Shown here: positions 1 to 64,000 of the stretch, piece by piece | How the letters are laid out: every line of letters begins with the position of its first letter | How positions within the stretch are numbered: the stretch's first letter is position 1 | Origin: Octopus bimaculoides | Taxonomy: Eukaryota | NCBI RefSeq assembly: GCF_001194135.2 | Contig: NC_068981.1 | Span: 166,247,819-166,311,818, forward strand | Reading direction: 5' to 3' | DNA: 64,000 nt | Notes under the pieces: generated by a model | Database searches by the model: none | Seen by the model: the letters and a program-made list of their open reading frames with translations, nothing else | Told to the model about the DNA's origin: nothing | Translations under genes and position numbers: made by a program

Positions 1-3000
1 TAAATGATGCTTTCAGTATGAAAAACAATGGTTATGTTAACATGTATTGGTCTTACTGTGTCCTCATCCATGAGACACAGACTTCATCATTCTTACTGAA
101 AAAAATCACTAAATGTGCAAGATTGTGCTTCAGAAAATGGAAATATTCAAAAAACAAATAATTCAGAAATGCCAACTGCATTGAAATGAAATTAATAAAT
201 TGTTGGGAGAACAAGCATTAAAATGTTAGACATAATTTTATGATGAAGAAAAAAATAACATTAGTCTATCGTTTGCTATTATTTTCATATAGAAAATATC
301 TAATTATTTATCCACTGGACAAATTCTATTTTCGGTGTCAACTAATGTACACTCTACAACTTTTATTTAATAATTTTTCATTTCTACTTTGGCAAGTGAA
401 GATTGTGCTTTGCTGATGTGGGCATACTAAGACCAAAGTATGTCTGAAGTTTTCTTCTGCACTAACTGAATAAATGAAAATAATGTTAAATCATTCATTA
501 ATATTGTTTTTTCCCTTCCTGCATAATTAGGTCTAATTAGCATTTCTAATGTTCCTTACATTAAAATAGGTTAATAACAACCTATGTCAGCAAAGTCAGA
601 TGTTTTAATTTAAAAAAATCTTTTAAGATTATAGTTACTTCAAATTTGTAATAAATCTTTGCTTTCACTTGGTATGGCTACAAATATATGAAATAGGAAA
701 CTTTTAGAAATTGAAAGTTTACATGGTTCTAGGTTTATGTAAAACTGCAATAAATAAAATCCATAGTTAAGTTTGGCATTGGCAGTTTCAAGATTTAAAT
801 TTCAAGCCAACAATAAAACCTCACTGCAGTTATATAACCTTCTCAAAACCACAGACGAATCTCATTTCAATCATACTCTTCCACAAAAAGGAAAAAAGAA
901 ATGTCTATTAATTCTCATGAGAATGTTGTGCTTAGGTTCTCAACAGCTGCATATGTATATTTTATAAGTTCTGGATTGTTTTGTTTTATAAATCGTAAGA
1001 ATTAAGATCGTAGTATTTCTTGAGTTCATTTCCTGCTTTGGAAGTGTAAGCATTTTAATATTATTTCAATTTAAGAAAAGGTAGTGGAGGGAATATAGAG
1101 AGTAAGGGTGGTTGTTTAAATATTGGAAGGCATTTAGTTTCATTCCTATTAGTTAAAAGTTCAAATTTTAACTTTACTTTTATTTTTATTTCTCCAGTGC
1201 CAGTAGAAATAAGCAACAAATAACCTGTAATATACTGATATTCTGTTTGTTGTATCTCCTTTCTCAACAAATATAAATTAGTTTGTCACTAAACATAAGG
1301 AAATGTTATTCTGGGTAAATGCTACTATACGCTATGATATTTATTCTCTTATTTTTACATAGCTAGCAAAGTTGGAGCTATTTTTAGGGGTTTTTCATCA
1401 ACATAATGCCATTTGATAGGCATGGCGTTAGCTTCTGTCTGTCTGGGAAATCCATAACATGCTGTAACACAGTGGAACCTATTTTCTTAAGAGTTCATCT
1501 GCTTGTAATTTGGTAAGCAGTGTATCCACCACTGCTTCTTTCTGTGTTGTGATAGATATTAGGATTTGAAACAACCATGCTGTTATTTAGATAATTTCTC
1601 AGTACTCGTTATTTATTACTGTTTACATGTGATATTTAAAGCCATTGGGGTTGATTTAGTCACTCACCTATATTACATAGTTGTGCCAAAATTAAAAATC
1701 ATCATTGTCGGTAGCAATAAAGCTAACACAGGCACATTTGAAGATGTTATAAAATTAAAATGACATTAAGAATTGACTGGTATTTATTTATTTTAGGTAG
1801 CTGTCAAAGGATAAAATCAGTCAACTCTGACAAGATTTAAACTATAGAGGGATACAACTAAATACTGTAAGGTATTTTTGTTTGACCTTGCAGTATTTAA
1901 TCATACTTCTTCACATTCTGATTTACAGTACTTATCCCCTCCTGCAATAGAGTATCCATATTATTATATTAAGGTTATTCAGTTGACTATGCCCTACCCA
2001 TAGAATTTTGTGTCATCATGAAAATTTATTATTGCTTAGTTTTGAACACCTCTAATTAGACCTATGTTAACAAAAACATTCCAACTGTCTTTAAGATGAT
2101 GAAAGTGGGATTTGAGTGAGATTTGGTTGCTATATATAGCAGTTTGAGCAACTGTGTAGGGGCTGCCCCATTAGCTTGTTTGGTAGTCAATCTGGTAGTC
2201 AACCTGCTATTATTTTCTTTGTAGCAGTCTTCCTTTGTTCTCTCTCATTAGTTCCCTTACTCAAGGTAGCTATTCTTCTTACTTCCTCTTTTTTAATGAC
2301 CTTCTAATAAACACAAACGTTGGTCCATTACATTTTGATTTTTTTTTTTGTTATATATATATAATACATGGCTTTTATGCTCTTGTGAAGTACAGAATGA
2401 GTAACCTTATTAACCTTAACATTGAGTTAATCAAGAGATACCTAAGTCCTTTGATCAAAATTCATGACTACTATTGATTTAATGATAAATAAATACAATT
2501 TAATCAGAAGTATATATCGATATTTTTATGATAAACAAATACAATCAGAAATATATATATTGATAGAATTAATTAGAAATATATAAGAAACAGGTAATAT
2601 ATATTATTGTGTGATTGATTCACCTTATCGCAATGTGAATCACACACATCCAGATTATGCTTAATCATTTAGGTCTGAGTCAGGTCAGCTTAATCTGTGA
2701 TTAAGTTGGGTTTTTTTCTATTAAAGCTAGACTTTGACTCAGGCCATCTTAGTTATTAAATTGTAATTCTACGCACGATCATTGGCTCAAATGCTTTGTT
2801 TTGTTAATGTTTTATAGGCTTCTATGTTTATTAATATGTATACATACTTTTATAATATTAGTATTTCTTTAATGATTTACATACATATGCTTTGTACATC
2901 TAAACTAAATCAACAGCAAAACTAAGAGTGGTATACTCAATCAGTTACAAGGTTTAAACTTTGAGCCAGTGAGAATCACTCAACCTGCTAGAAATAGCAA

Positions 3001-3495
3001 TTAAATCTCTCTCAAATCTTAACTTCTGACATGTGTGCACGCACACACACATACACACAGAAGGTAAGAGTGTATTGGATAACATACACATTCTGAATGA
3101 GCTGTTCATAACAAACACCTTTGATCATAAAATGGATGACCTGAGGCTAAATAGTAACTCAAGAAAGTGCTAAAATTATCTATAAACTTCTATTAAATAA
3201 AATCATCTAACACTAAATTCCTTGTTGCCCCTCTATGTGTGTGCGTGCGTGTGTGCACGTGTGTATGCACGTGTGTGTGTAAGAGACTTATGATTGATTG
3301 CTGATATAAGAGACTAAGGTGGAAAAACCACTCCTCTACTATAAATAATCCTTTCTACTATAGGCACAAGGCCTGAAATTAGGTTTAGTGATGTTATCAA
3401 CCCCTAGTGTTCAACCGGTACTTATTTCATCGACTTCAAAAGAATGAGAAGTAAAGTCCAACCTCAGCAGAGTTTAAACCCAAAACAATAGCAAT

Positions 3496-3914
3496 ATCAT
3501 CATCATCATCATCATCGTTTAACATCCGCTTTCCATGCTAGCATGGGTTGGACGATTTGACTGAGGACTGGTGAAACCGGATGGCAACACCAGGCTCCAA
3601 TCTAATTTGGCAGAGTTTCTACAGCTGGATGCCCTTCCTAACGCCAACCACTCAGAGAGTGTAGTGGGTGCTTTTACGTGTCACCCGCACGAAAACGGCC
3701 ACGATCTCACTAGAAAATCCTACGGGAGCCAGTCAGGCGGTACTGGCAACGGCCATGCTCAAAATGGTGCATCTCATGTGCCACCCGCACAAGAGCCAGT
3801 CCAGGGGCACTGGCAACGATCTTACTTGGCTTGCCGGGTCTTCTCACGCACAGCACATTTCCAAAGGTCTCGGTCAGTAGTCATCGCCTCGGTGAGGCCC
3901 AATGTACGAAGGTC
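3496..3914 (-). mobile_element. 5'-truncated RTE-type LINE: ORF C-terminus, 3' UTR and (GAT)n tail
   Basis: Minus strand reads DLRTLGLTEAMTTDRDLWKCAVREKTRQAK*, then a 3' UTR nearly identical to copies at 14771, 45993 and 63779. Confidence 0.8.
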
Positions 3915-4769
3915 TTGCAACCTTACAGTGTCAAAGGGAAAGAACATTAACAATAGAAATACATACATGATCTTAGACAACAGAGAGAAAAAGCATCACT
4001 AAATTAGCAACTGCTTTTGGAACAAATGAAAACATTTAAATTGGACAATTTAAAGCACAAATTAGAAAGAGCATTTTGTTCTTAGAAATAACACTCTGCT
4101 GACACCACTGTTTCTACCAGCTACTACCCACTCTTTCCTCTTCTTTTTATTTGGAGTGTCCTGAGGGACGACCTAGATAGATAGATTTTATTCATTTACT
4201 GTACAGATAATCTGCAAGAAAATCTGTCTCAAATGCATGATTCCTAATTACTTCCTCTTGTATGTGTTTATGCAGTACTGTGCATCAATATGTATCTATG
4301 TATGAATGTACATATGTATATACATGCACACTCACACATACATAGATTCTTTGTATGTAGGATGGGTACAATTTTGTTTAAATTGGTGCTTGTTTCAGTT
4401 ATACTTTGATAGTATGTTTTCACTAACATGAGTATGTTTCCATATATATGTTTTATCACTGTCCACCACCACATCCTCTTATCATAATTAGCTTCATCAA
4501 ATCTGCTGTTTGATGTATTTTATATAAGTTCGTAAGCCACCTCTTTCCAACTAATTCACTCCTATAAAATATATGAGAAGCATGCCTGCTCTTCTATTCT
4601 ATATATTCACTACAATCAATCTAAAAGACTTCTATGTCTTTAAGTACTTTCTGTGCACATTACCTATTGAAAGTAGTGCAGTAGTTTCTTTCAAGTATAA
4701 AATATAAAGCACTTTGCCAACAGGAAGGCAGTCATGTTTTATATATATGAAGGGAATAAGCAAGAAATT

Positions 4770-5160
4770 GATAGTGCATCTGGTGCACTGTGTACTCAAA
4801 ATATGAAGTCATCCTCAGCAGACTGATGGAGAACAAGAACTTTAGATGCATTTATGTGGTTAGCAGCAGAAATGTTATTGAAATGAAGTCAGTGAACTGC
4901 TTAGATGGATTGCTAGATGTAGTTGATAACTTTTGTTACTTAGGTTCTGGAATGAATGGAGCAAATGTATAGTTGAAATGGTGTAAAAAGCTCAGGGAAA
5001 TGTTGAGATATTGCCTCTGTTAGCAAGAAAGTCTCTCTGTCTCCCTCTCTCTTGTTTGAAGAGATACTATGAATTGTGTAAGACATTTGATATTGCATGT
5101 TGGAGACACAGGAACATTGAATTTTGAAAATAAGAGCCAGAAGCAAATGAGGTAGACAAG
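4770..5160 (+). pseudogene. Old degenerate RTE-like reverse transcriptase fragment
   Basis: LDVVDNFCYLG matches the RTE motif LEVVDxFCYLG; flanking sequence is frameshifted and stop-ridden. Confidence 0.5.
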
Positions 5161-6470
5161 CATTGGATATGGTTAACTGTACCTATATAATAATAACTGG
5201 CATAGTGTACTTAAAATATACAGTATATTTTGGAACTGTTTCAGTCATCATCAAGAGATCACTCATTTAAGAGGTGATGTAACAAGCTAGTTAGACTACA
5301 AACCTTCTCAAATAGGATCCATGTTGAGTTGAAAGCAAGCTACCAATTATAAATTTGACTTAATGACTATTGGAAGAACCATTTATTTAAAGGGCGCATT
5401 ACATAAAAGTCAGCATTTACAAACTTTTTTTTTTCCTTTGCCTATCCACCATAAAACCTATAAAATAATATATATCATTGCCCTTTAATTTGTCTTTTGT
5501 CAAAGTGGGGAAAAATAGTCTGTTTTCACAATGTTTTACTAATAGTTCTACTTAGATTATAATAGCTTGTTGATCTTTTGATTTTTTTTCTCTTTGCAAC
5601 TGGATATTTGAGTTAAACTGAATGTTTCTGTACATTCAATGAAGCTAGTATAATGACTTCATTGAATATTTTTTATCTCTTGAGATAATGCCATAGATTT
5701 TGTAGGGTTTGGTTATAGTCAGTTGAATTGATTTCCAGTATATTGGCAATATTTTATCATTAACTAGCAGAGATACCCACCGTTGCTCAGGATTTAAATA
5801 GCATAGTTTGTATATAGGGTACAGTTAAGTTGAAACATGATGTGGGGAAGTGCAGCATTGACGACAAAACATTTGTGGAGTAAATGAAGGGCTAACTCAA
5901 CTAAGTGACATATCCTGCATCTGTTTGGAAGATTCCAGGCCCTAACCTTGTCATTGAAAAGTGGGTGGAGATATGTGATTTTTGAACGCACCAAAAAGCT
6001 CTCGGTGTATATATTGGCGCTGCCACTACCACGCTGAACAATCAGCAGACATAGGAACTACATCTGTATGATAAATTAAGCCTGTGGGAGCGCTCAGCAG
6101 TACCACATGAGAGAAATCTACATGAAAGAAATGTGGTAAGGTGGGGTGAATTGGCAAGGAAGCGCTTGAAAACAACTGTTTCAGTTTGGAATCAATAGTC
6201 GTGGCTCAACCATGCCCTCTTTCGCATAAACAGTGTGCGACTGTTGTGAGTACAACTCCCAAACAAAAACAATTCTGCATGCAATGTTGGAGTACACAAG
6301 GCCACATTAAGGACATGGTCTCTAACAAATGTGGTTGGATCACATGACGTTGATTTGCTGATGTGGTTGGGAATCAATAGTTATGGCTCAACCATGCATT
6401 TTTTCACGTAAACAGCATGCGACCATTGTGAGGACAACTCCCAAATGAAAACAATTCTGCATGTAAGATG

Positions 6471-6796
6471 ACATGGTTCCAGGTTCAGTCCCACTATGTG
6501 GCATCTTGAGCAAGTGCCTTCTACTATAGCCTTGGGCCAACCAAAGCCTTGGATTTGGTAGACGGAAACTGAAAGAAGCCCATCGCATATATGTGTGTGT
6601 GTGTCTGTGTTTGTCTCCTCCCTCAACATCGCTTAACAACCAATGCTGGTGCGTTTATGTCCCTGTAACTTAGAAGTTCAGCAAAATAGACCGATAGAAT
6701 AAGTACTAGGCTTACAGAGAATAAGTCCTGACTAAAGGCGGTGCACCAACATGACTGCAGTCAAAATGACTGAAATTAGTAAATGTATAAAAGAAT
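6471..6796 (+). mobile_element. tRNA-derived SINE-like repeat, family A (similar copies 42533-42665 minus, 47355-47460, 60971-61188, 62717-63023)
   Basis: B-box-like GGTTCAGTCCC head, internal (TG)n, shared GATAGAATAAGTAC and GACTGAAA..TAAAAG tail. Multi-copy within the window; family name not assigned. Confidence 0.7.
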
Positions 6797-7739
6797 ATAC
6801 ATTGTTTAGAGCTCAAACAATTCTACCATCTGCTGTGACATTATTTTATGCTTCAGGCATCTTTATTGCTTCACAAAACTGACTGGTGCTTGCAGCAGCA
6901 ATAATAATAATACAACTGTTACTCTATAAGATAGTAGTTGCAATCATACAATGGATAACTGTTATTCAACAATTTTACACTATAGAGATTCTAGAAATTT
7001 TGCTATTCTAACCATTCAAAATAGGAAACTAAATTAGTATGGAGAGCAAGAAGTGAATGAATGAAAAAACTTATATAGCTGAATTAAAAATCAATGATAC
7101 AAAAGATATATAGTTAAATGTTTAAATTCTGTAATATATGAAAAACAAGATATAATATAAAATACGTGTAATGAAAACATATTTTGATTTTTGTTTTATT
7201 TTTTTACTTTCTTTACGAAACAACTCCCTAGAGGAAAAAAAAATTAGTATTACTTTTCATTTTCACTCTTACAAGTTTCAGCCATCCATTTGAGATACTG
7301 TCATAATTTCTAAAGATGTTTTTAACCTAGTTATTGTATAAATGCAACTAGAGTTCCATATATTTCTGTTGTTTGTAACAAGTATAATGCAATGCTGCCT
7401 TCCACCAAGTTTCCACTATACCAGATAATCCATGTTGCAACAAGCCAGCCAAGTTTGGAAATATGTAGCACACTTAGTTATGCACTGTTAGTGTTATACC
7501 AAGAGCATGTTCTGTCTTGTTTGCTGTCTAGACCAGCTTTGGTATGTCTAGATTGGGTCTCTTGAAGGAAAACATTGTACAGAGTTTGAGCCTACTAGGA
7601 AAATGACATAAATACTGTTTGCAAACTAATGCCATATATAGATTCATTTGAATGCCAGGCTTCTTTATTCCATTGCATATTTTGACATCTATTGTTTTTG
7701 GGGTTTTTTTTGTACATTCTTTCTACAGTCTTGGAGAAC

Positions 7740-58013
<50,274 letters not shown>

Positions 58014-60436
58014 GCTCTTTACATTTGCTCATGTAGCATTAACCATAAGAAACAAAACATTATTGCAGTTATACAACTATTGCAGATTATCTTATGTGAT
58101 TGAAGCACTCCCAGAGAAAGCTGGAATCGTCTTAATTTATTTCCTATCATTTCTTTTTGTTTGTTCTTGTTTTGTTTTAGTTATAAGCAAAACATTTTCT
58201 TACACCTTACATTTAAAAAGAAAGTATATAAATTACTTATTTTTGCTCTTTTGTTCTAGTGAAACTAAGTTTTACAGATGTTAACATTCATAATTTCTGT
58301 TGCCTTTTCCATTCTAATTCATTACATATTTATTTGAGAATTTTTCTTTTTTGTCATAAACCCACATAGTTTAAAGTTTGATCTAGACTCCTTAATATAT
58401 TCATTTGATTAGTATAAAGAGGAAATTTTGTTGGTTGAGTGTTTCATTAAAAATTTGATAAGATTGAATGTTTCATTAATGAAAATTGTTATATGTAAAG
58501 TTGAAAGAGTTATATCAGTGTTATGGAATATTGATTTATAAATGTATTCCTGTCTCTTTTCCTTTCTTATACAAAATCTGTATTAATGTAAAAAAAAAAA
58601 AAATAATAATTTCTTAGTTTGTAGAAAGATCAGTTTATAATAATTTTGATTGTTTTATTCTATCAAAATCTGATCATCCATTTGATGAGTTCCTATATTG
58701 GATTTTTATATCAACTGCTCCTGACAAAATCTTTCACTTCAAATATCACGTGAAAGTTAATTATTCATCCATTCATTGGAGTTTGCTGAATTTCCATTTA
58801 TCATTATCATCTTTATATATATAATATCCTTGATTGTCATTACGTTTAACTCTATATTTTGTTTAATCAATGTATTTCTTTATACATTAAGTAAACAAAT
58901 ATTTCTTTTCTTAAAAGTAAAACTGCCACTATGTTTTCTGTTTTTTTCTTGCCAACTCACTGTGAATAGAACATGCTAACTTAGATTGATAAAAAAATCT
59001 GTACAATAGAATTGAGTTTGTTTTAATCCAGTTTTGCTGTACTGAAACTGTAAAAAGAAGAATAGACTTGTTTTTAAATGTTTCTGTCTCATAATTTGGA
59101 TTAAAGTTTTGTATTCCTGTAGACATTCATTTTTTCCCTTTGTTATCATTGCATAAGTTGAATATTAATTTCTTACATGTTAAAAAAAAACAACAATATT
59201 CTACAAGATATTAGTTAATTTCATTAAAAAAATTCCAGCAAATGTTGTGAGTGAGTGAAGCTGCTGACAAACCAAATCTACTTTGGTGTTTTAATTCCCA
59301 GATAGCAAACCATCACGACCTCTTAATTTCTGCTGCTATAAAGCAAAACAATGTTGTAAGAAATTGATATTGAAAGAGATTATTAGTTTCAGTTTTGTTT
59401 TCAAATCAGAAGATTTTTCTATCTTTTACTTTATAGAACTGACACATTTCTTAACCCACCTACCAAATTCATCTTAAGTGTTTTTAGCAATTTGATTACA
59501 AGCTAATCCACACTTGCTTAATGTTACTCTGATTTTAATTAACTGACATTATGTTATATGGATTAATTTGTATTTCCACTTGATACATATATATGCTCAT
59601 AGAAAAACCATATACATCTGCTAATATTTGGTGTTTTACACTTTGCCTTCCCATCTTTTCAAGAGATGGCTATCTCACTTGTCAAAAGTTGACCCTTCAC
59701 TGAGGGCATTTTGTTTTGTGGAGGAGTTACTATAGATTTGTGATTATCTCAAAAACTGTACCACAAAGTAATTGAATATTTCACCAAATTGCTAACCAGT
59801 CTCCACTTTCGTTTTCAATATCATTACATTCGTTCATTTAAATCTTTTTTCCTTTTTAAATACGTCATATATTGAGATTCTGCTGCTAACTTTTCTAGTT
59901 CAGCTGCTCAACCAAATGTATGAGACAGCTTGTTTAATTTCCATCATTTCTGCAAAAGCATCATTATCTGGCCTTTTCTCACAAACCATTATCTGGCCTT
60001 AACAAGCAGTGTTTAAGAAAAACTGAATTGTAAAATGACTTTTACTATTCAAAGTCAATATAACTTTATATTAATTAACATTTCACTGAGATATTTCTTA
60101 ATTCCACATTAGCTTAATGTATTTTTAAATGACTGGATATTCACACTAGTTACAAATTCATTAATTGAAAAAAGAAACGAAGTGACAAATTTTTATCTTT
60201 GTATCAGTATTTATCAATGTTTGTTTTTCATTGTATCCTACATGTTCAAGAAGATTCTCCGCAATTAGTAATGAAGAACTCTGGAAGAGATCTTGCACTT
60301 GAGATATATATATATATATATATATAATTTAGCTGAACATTGGAAAAAATATATATAAAGTAAAAGCAATAATTTGGTTTCAAAAGCTTTTAATCAAATA
60401 TTTTTCCATTTATTTTTATGTGTGTGAATATCTTTG

Positions 60437-60442
60437 AATAAA
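60437..60442 (+). promoter_or_regulatory. Candidate polyadenylation signal AATAAA
   Basis: Canonical hexamer about 2.4 kb after the stop, followed by T-rich sequence; other sites are possible. Confidence 0.3.
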
Positions 60443-62279
60443 GATGTCTGCATTCTTCCATGTTTTTGAAGTTATAAATTTTTCCCAGATTTTTTTAATG
60501 ACTTGGTGACTGTTTGTTACACACTGATGGTAGTGAAATAATTCTATATCTCAACGTCATCAGGGAGAAACAGACATGTGACACTGGTGAATGAAAGGGG
60601 GAAATAAATGCTTGCAAAAGTATCTGCACTAAACACATTCAAAGACCAAACGATGGTATTAAACCAGATGACAGATTAAGTTTAATGCCTAAAACAGGTA
60701 CAGTCTGACAGGCTTCCACTCAGTTTCCTCTTACTGACTACTATTTAGATGGCTTGAGCCAACCTGAGGGTACTGGGGGCACAGGGCAGTTATTGTCATT
60801 AGTCTGATCAACAGTTAACAAGTGTTACTTATTGCATGAGAGTTAAAGAATTTGTATTAAGAAAAGACTTCTAAAACTAAAAGAAAATACTTATTCCAGC
60901 AAGTGCAGAAGATAATACATTGATGAAACCCCTTTCACCAAACTACTTTGATTGCCTGTCATATATATTATGTGTGTCTGTGTCTGTTTGTCCCACACAC
61001 ACGCTGCTTGACAACTGGTGTTGGTGTGTTTATGTCCCTGTAATTTAGCAGTTTGTCAAAAGAGACCGATAGAATAAGTACCAGTTAAAAAAAAAAAAAT
61101 AAGTACTGGGGTTGATTTATTAAACTAAAATTCTTCAAGGTGGTGCCCCAGCATGACCACAGTCTAATGACTGAAACATAAAAGGTAAAGGTTGTGTAAA
61201 TAAATGGTTAAAAGTATTTAAGACAAGAATGGGGGAGCTTTTTGATATATTTTCATTTCCTAATACCAGAAACCAGAATCAGAAAGTGTAATATTTATTG
61301 AAAAAGGAAGTCATAGAACATTCTGGTGTATTAAATTCTAGTTGATTTCTGTGCATATTTTAAATAGACAAAACAGTTTCTTAATGTAACACTACTCAAA
61401 AGAAAAGACAAGTCTTTCACTAATTACAAAGAGGACACTGCATGAAAACTCAGTGAGTGGTTTACTCTAGTTTCACTGGCAGGAAATAGATGAGGGATAT
61501 AATCTTCACCTCAATACAATGTTAGGTTAATTTAATGCAGGTAACTAAATTATCTCTGGAAAACGGGGGACCTATTCAATAAATCTAGATAGACTAGGAA
61601 CTGAATAATATATTTGCAGGAAATGATTCACTGTTATCCTCTTAATCTCTTTAGAAAAAAACAAATTATTCTGGCTGCCTCTTAACATTTGTAGCACAAG
61701 TATTCTCGAAAATTATAAAGAAACTATCATGAAATTAATGTTTTGGGAAGTGTTTACAAGCTTGTTTTAGAATAAACTGTGGCCAGAAAAGAAAAAAAAA
61801 ATTAATTTGGGTTTAAGGAATTGCAAAGAAATAAATTGTGAAGTTAAAATCTCACCTGCACTCTCTCGTCTTTTCCCTTTTCTTTTTAAAATATCTATAT
61901 CCAGTACTAACATATACGCATGAATTATTAGTAGAATTTTCTATTCTACTCAGCCTTTTCATACTGATCAAAAAAAGAATTGATGCTTATTTGTGCAGAT
62001 AATGTAATGATTATCAATATATTTAAAGGTGCATAATGCAATACTAACTTCAGTTTTACTATCTCAAGGACCAGAGAATACATACTAACAATCCAGAACC
62101 TGAATAAATCAATTGACTGTTTTAACTACCAACAATTAAATGGTGGTTAGAAGATAAGATAAATTACTCCAGAATTTCATGTCTGATTCTGGACTTCTTT
62201 TCAAATGAGCCAAACTATTTTAACTGTACTATTTCTTAATTAATAGGAACAAAACCTTGCAGATTATATAAACAGTGCT

Positions 62280-62455
62280 ATATTAAAAGCACCCAGCACA
62301 CACTGTAAAGTAGTTGGCATTGGGAAGGGCATCCAACCATAGAAACTAATCTAGAACAGACTCTGCAACTCTCCAGCTTGCCAGTTCTGGTCAAACCATC
62401 CATCCCATGCAGTCTGGAAAGCAGACATTAAAGGGTGATGGTGATGATGATGATG
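62280..62455 (+). mobile_element. Old RTE 3' UTR-family copy (others at 10291-10430, 38608-38790, 41497-41700, 41880-42000 minus; 57820-57872 plus)
   Basis: Diverged GTTGGCATTGGGAAGGGCATCCAACC...CCCATGC...(GAT)n tail. Confidence 0.6.
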
Positions 62456-63326
62456 TAGGGTAGGAGGCAGATCCACTAAGAAATTACTATCACATCCTGG
62501 AGCAGCAACACCATCTAATCATATTTATGTTTTATGTTTGCTTTCTTCAAAACAAGGAATATTCATTATCCTAAGAGAATTGGTAATGTTGTATTGGATA
62601 AAATAAACAGTTTAAACTAGGTTGCTCACACTTCATGCTGCAAATTGGGATGAATAAGTACATTAAATGATTGATAATTACATCACTACAATAACATGAA
62701 AAAGTTTTTCAGAGGCACGGTAAGAAGCTTGATTCCCAACCATATGGTTCCAGGTTCATTAGCACTGTGTGGCACCTTGGGCCGACCAAAGCCTTGTGAG
62801 TGGATTTGGTTGATGGAAACTGAAAGAAACCCTTCGTATATATTTGTGTGTCTGTGTTTGTTCCCCCCACCACCACCACCATCGCTTGACAACCGATGCT
62901 GGTGTGTTTATGACCCTGTAACTTAGTTGGTTGGCAAAAGAGAAGTCCTGGGGTCAATTTATGTGACTAAAAAGCGGTGCTCCAGCATGGCCGTAGTCAA
63001 ATGACTGAAACAAATAAAAGAATGCTCTCTGCACAAACAATGCAGTTACGTAAATGTGTGGAGGGGAGACTAACAATTTCGTGAGCAAAAATATAATCAA
63101 AATTGCATTTGTAGTAAGAAAAACAAAACAATGATTATCTTCAAGGGGAAACAACTCAAATCGAAATTAAAATTTGAATAGCTATTCGAGATATCTGATC
63201 TTATTTGTACCTAAGAGACCTTGGAATGACTGTGCGACTATATAAGGTGTCTCGTCACGATGGGACACATTTTAATCAACAGAAACCTGGATAGGAGCAA
63301 GCACATTTATTAAGGAAAGTGTATAA

Positions 63327-63482
63327 CATTTGACGGATATTTGTCCTCATCTTGTTTGTTGTTAACAAAACGTTTCGGCTGATATACCCTCTAGCCTTCA
63401 TCAGGTGTCTTGGGGAAATTTCGGGTATATCAGCCGAAACATGTTAACAATAAACAAGATGAGGACAAATATCCATCAAATG
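63327..63482. mobile_element. Penelope-like inverted-repeat remnant with minimal hammerhead motif
   Basis: About 60-bp near-perfect arms at 63327-63389 / 63423-63482; minus strand reads GACAC-CTGATGA-A-GGCT...AGCC-GAAACGTT. Confidence 0.65.
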
Positions 63483-63778
63483 TAAATAATATACATAATT
63501 CCTCATCTCTTAAATATAGAACTGTATTAAGTGTATACTAGTTACAAATAAAATGTGTTCCATCATTATGAGACTATGCGTGTAGGTTTGTATGTATGAC
63601 GAGTGAAGGTATGCAAGGGAGACAACTCCAAAATTCACACTATTTGAATGGTGCATGCTGTAGAGACAGCAATGATTTCTGACAAGAACTATCATGGTTC
63701 AAACTTAAAGGCAGAATTCTTCAAACCGTTAAATGAAATGGAATCAAATTATAATAAAACTATGAAACACCATGCTAA

Positions 63779-64000
63779 CATCATCATCATCATCATCATC
63801 ATCGTTTAACGTCCGCTTTCCATGCTAGCATGGGTTGGACGATTTGACTGAGGACTGGTGAAACCGGATGGCAACACCAGGCTCCAGTCTGATTTGGCAG
63901 AGTTTCTACAGCTGGATGCCCTTCCTAACGCCAACCACTCAGAGAGTGTAGTGGGTGCTTTTACGTGTCACCCGCACGAAAACGGCCACGCTCGAAATGG
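63779..64000 (-). mobile_element. Young RTE LINE 3' end, runs off the window
   Basis: (CAT)n tail and 3' UTR, with about 3 differences in 185 nt versus the copy at 3517-3700. Confidence 0.8.

Noticed and set aside
1363-1512. Exon-like segment with AG acceptor and GTAAGC donor
   Set aside because: Stops in all three frames from the acceptor, and its internal ATG frame has the wrong phase for exon 10072; could be a UTR exon but is unsupported
3571-4002. 143-aa plus-strand ORF
   Set aside because: Antisense reading of the RTE 3' UTR repeat; the same peptide recurs at other copies

Overview
AT-rich, repeat-dense eukaryotic DNA with six N-gaps. The repeat families and microsatellites look cephalopod (Octopus-like; inferred, not proven). 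The window is dominated by one plus-strand multi-exon gene for a choline transporter-like protein (SLC44/CTL family, CTL2/4/5 type). I rebuilt it by hand: 22 well-supported coding exons (10072-58013) with consistent GT-AG phases, plus a candidate ATG mini-exon at 7740-7752, giving 2124 nt (707 aa). The most notable points are: (i) an extra phase-compatible exon at 54010-54110 that looks mutually exclusive with exon 55599-55690 and would swap the last loop of the transporter; (ii) a U12-type GT-AG intron at 41071-41349; (iii) a duplicated hairpin near both ends of the first intron; (iv) a Penelope-like fold-back with a minimal hammerhead motif at 63327-63482; (v) a Tc1-like transposase with DD36E spacing interrupted by a young RTE LINE. 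Introns also hold RTE LINE fragments, a full-length decayed mariner, hAT, piggyBac and mariner MITEs, and many SINE-like copies. Most short ORFs in the supplied track are noise or gap artefacts.
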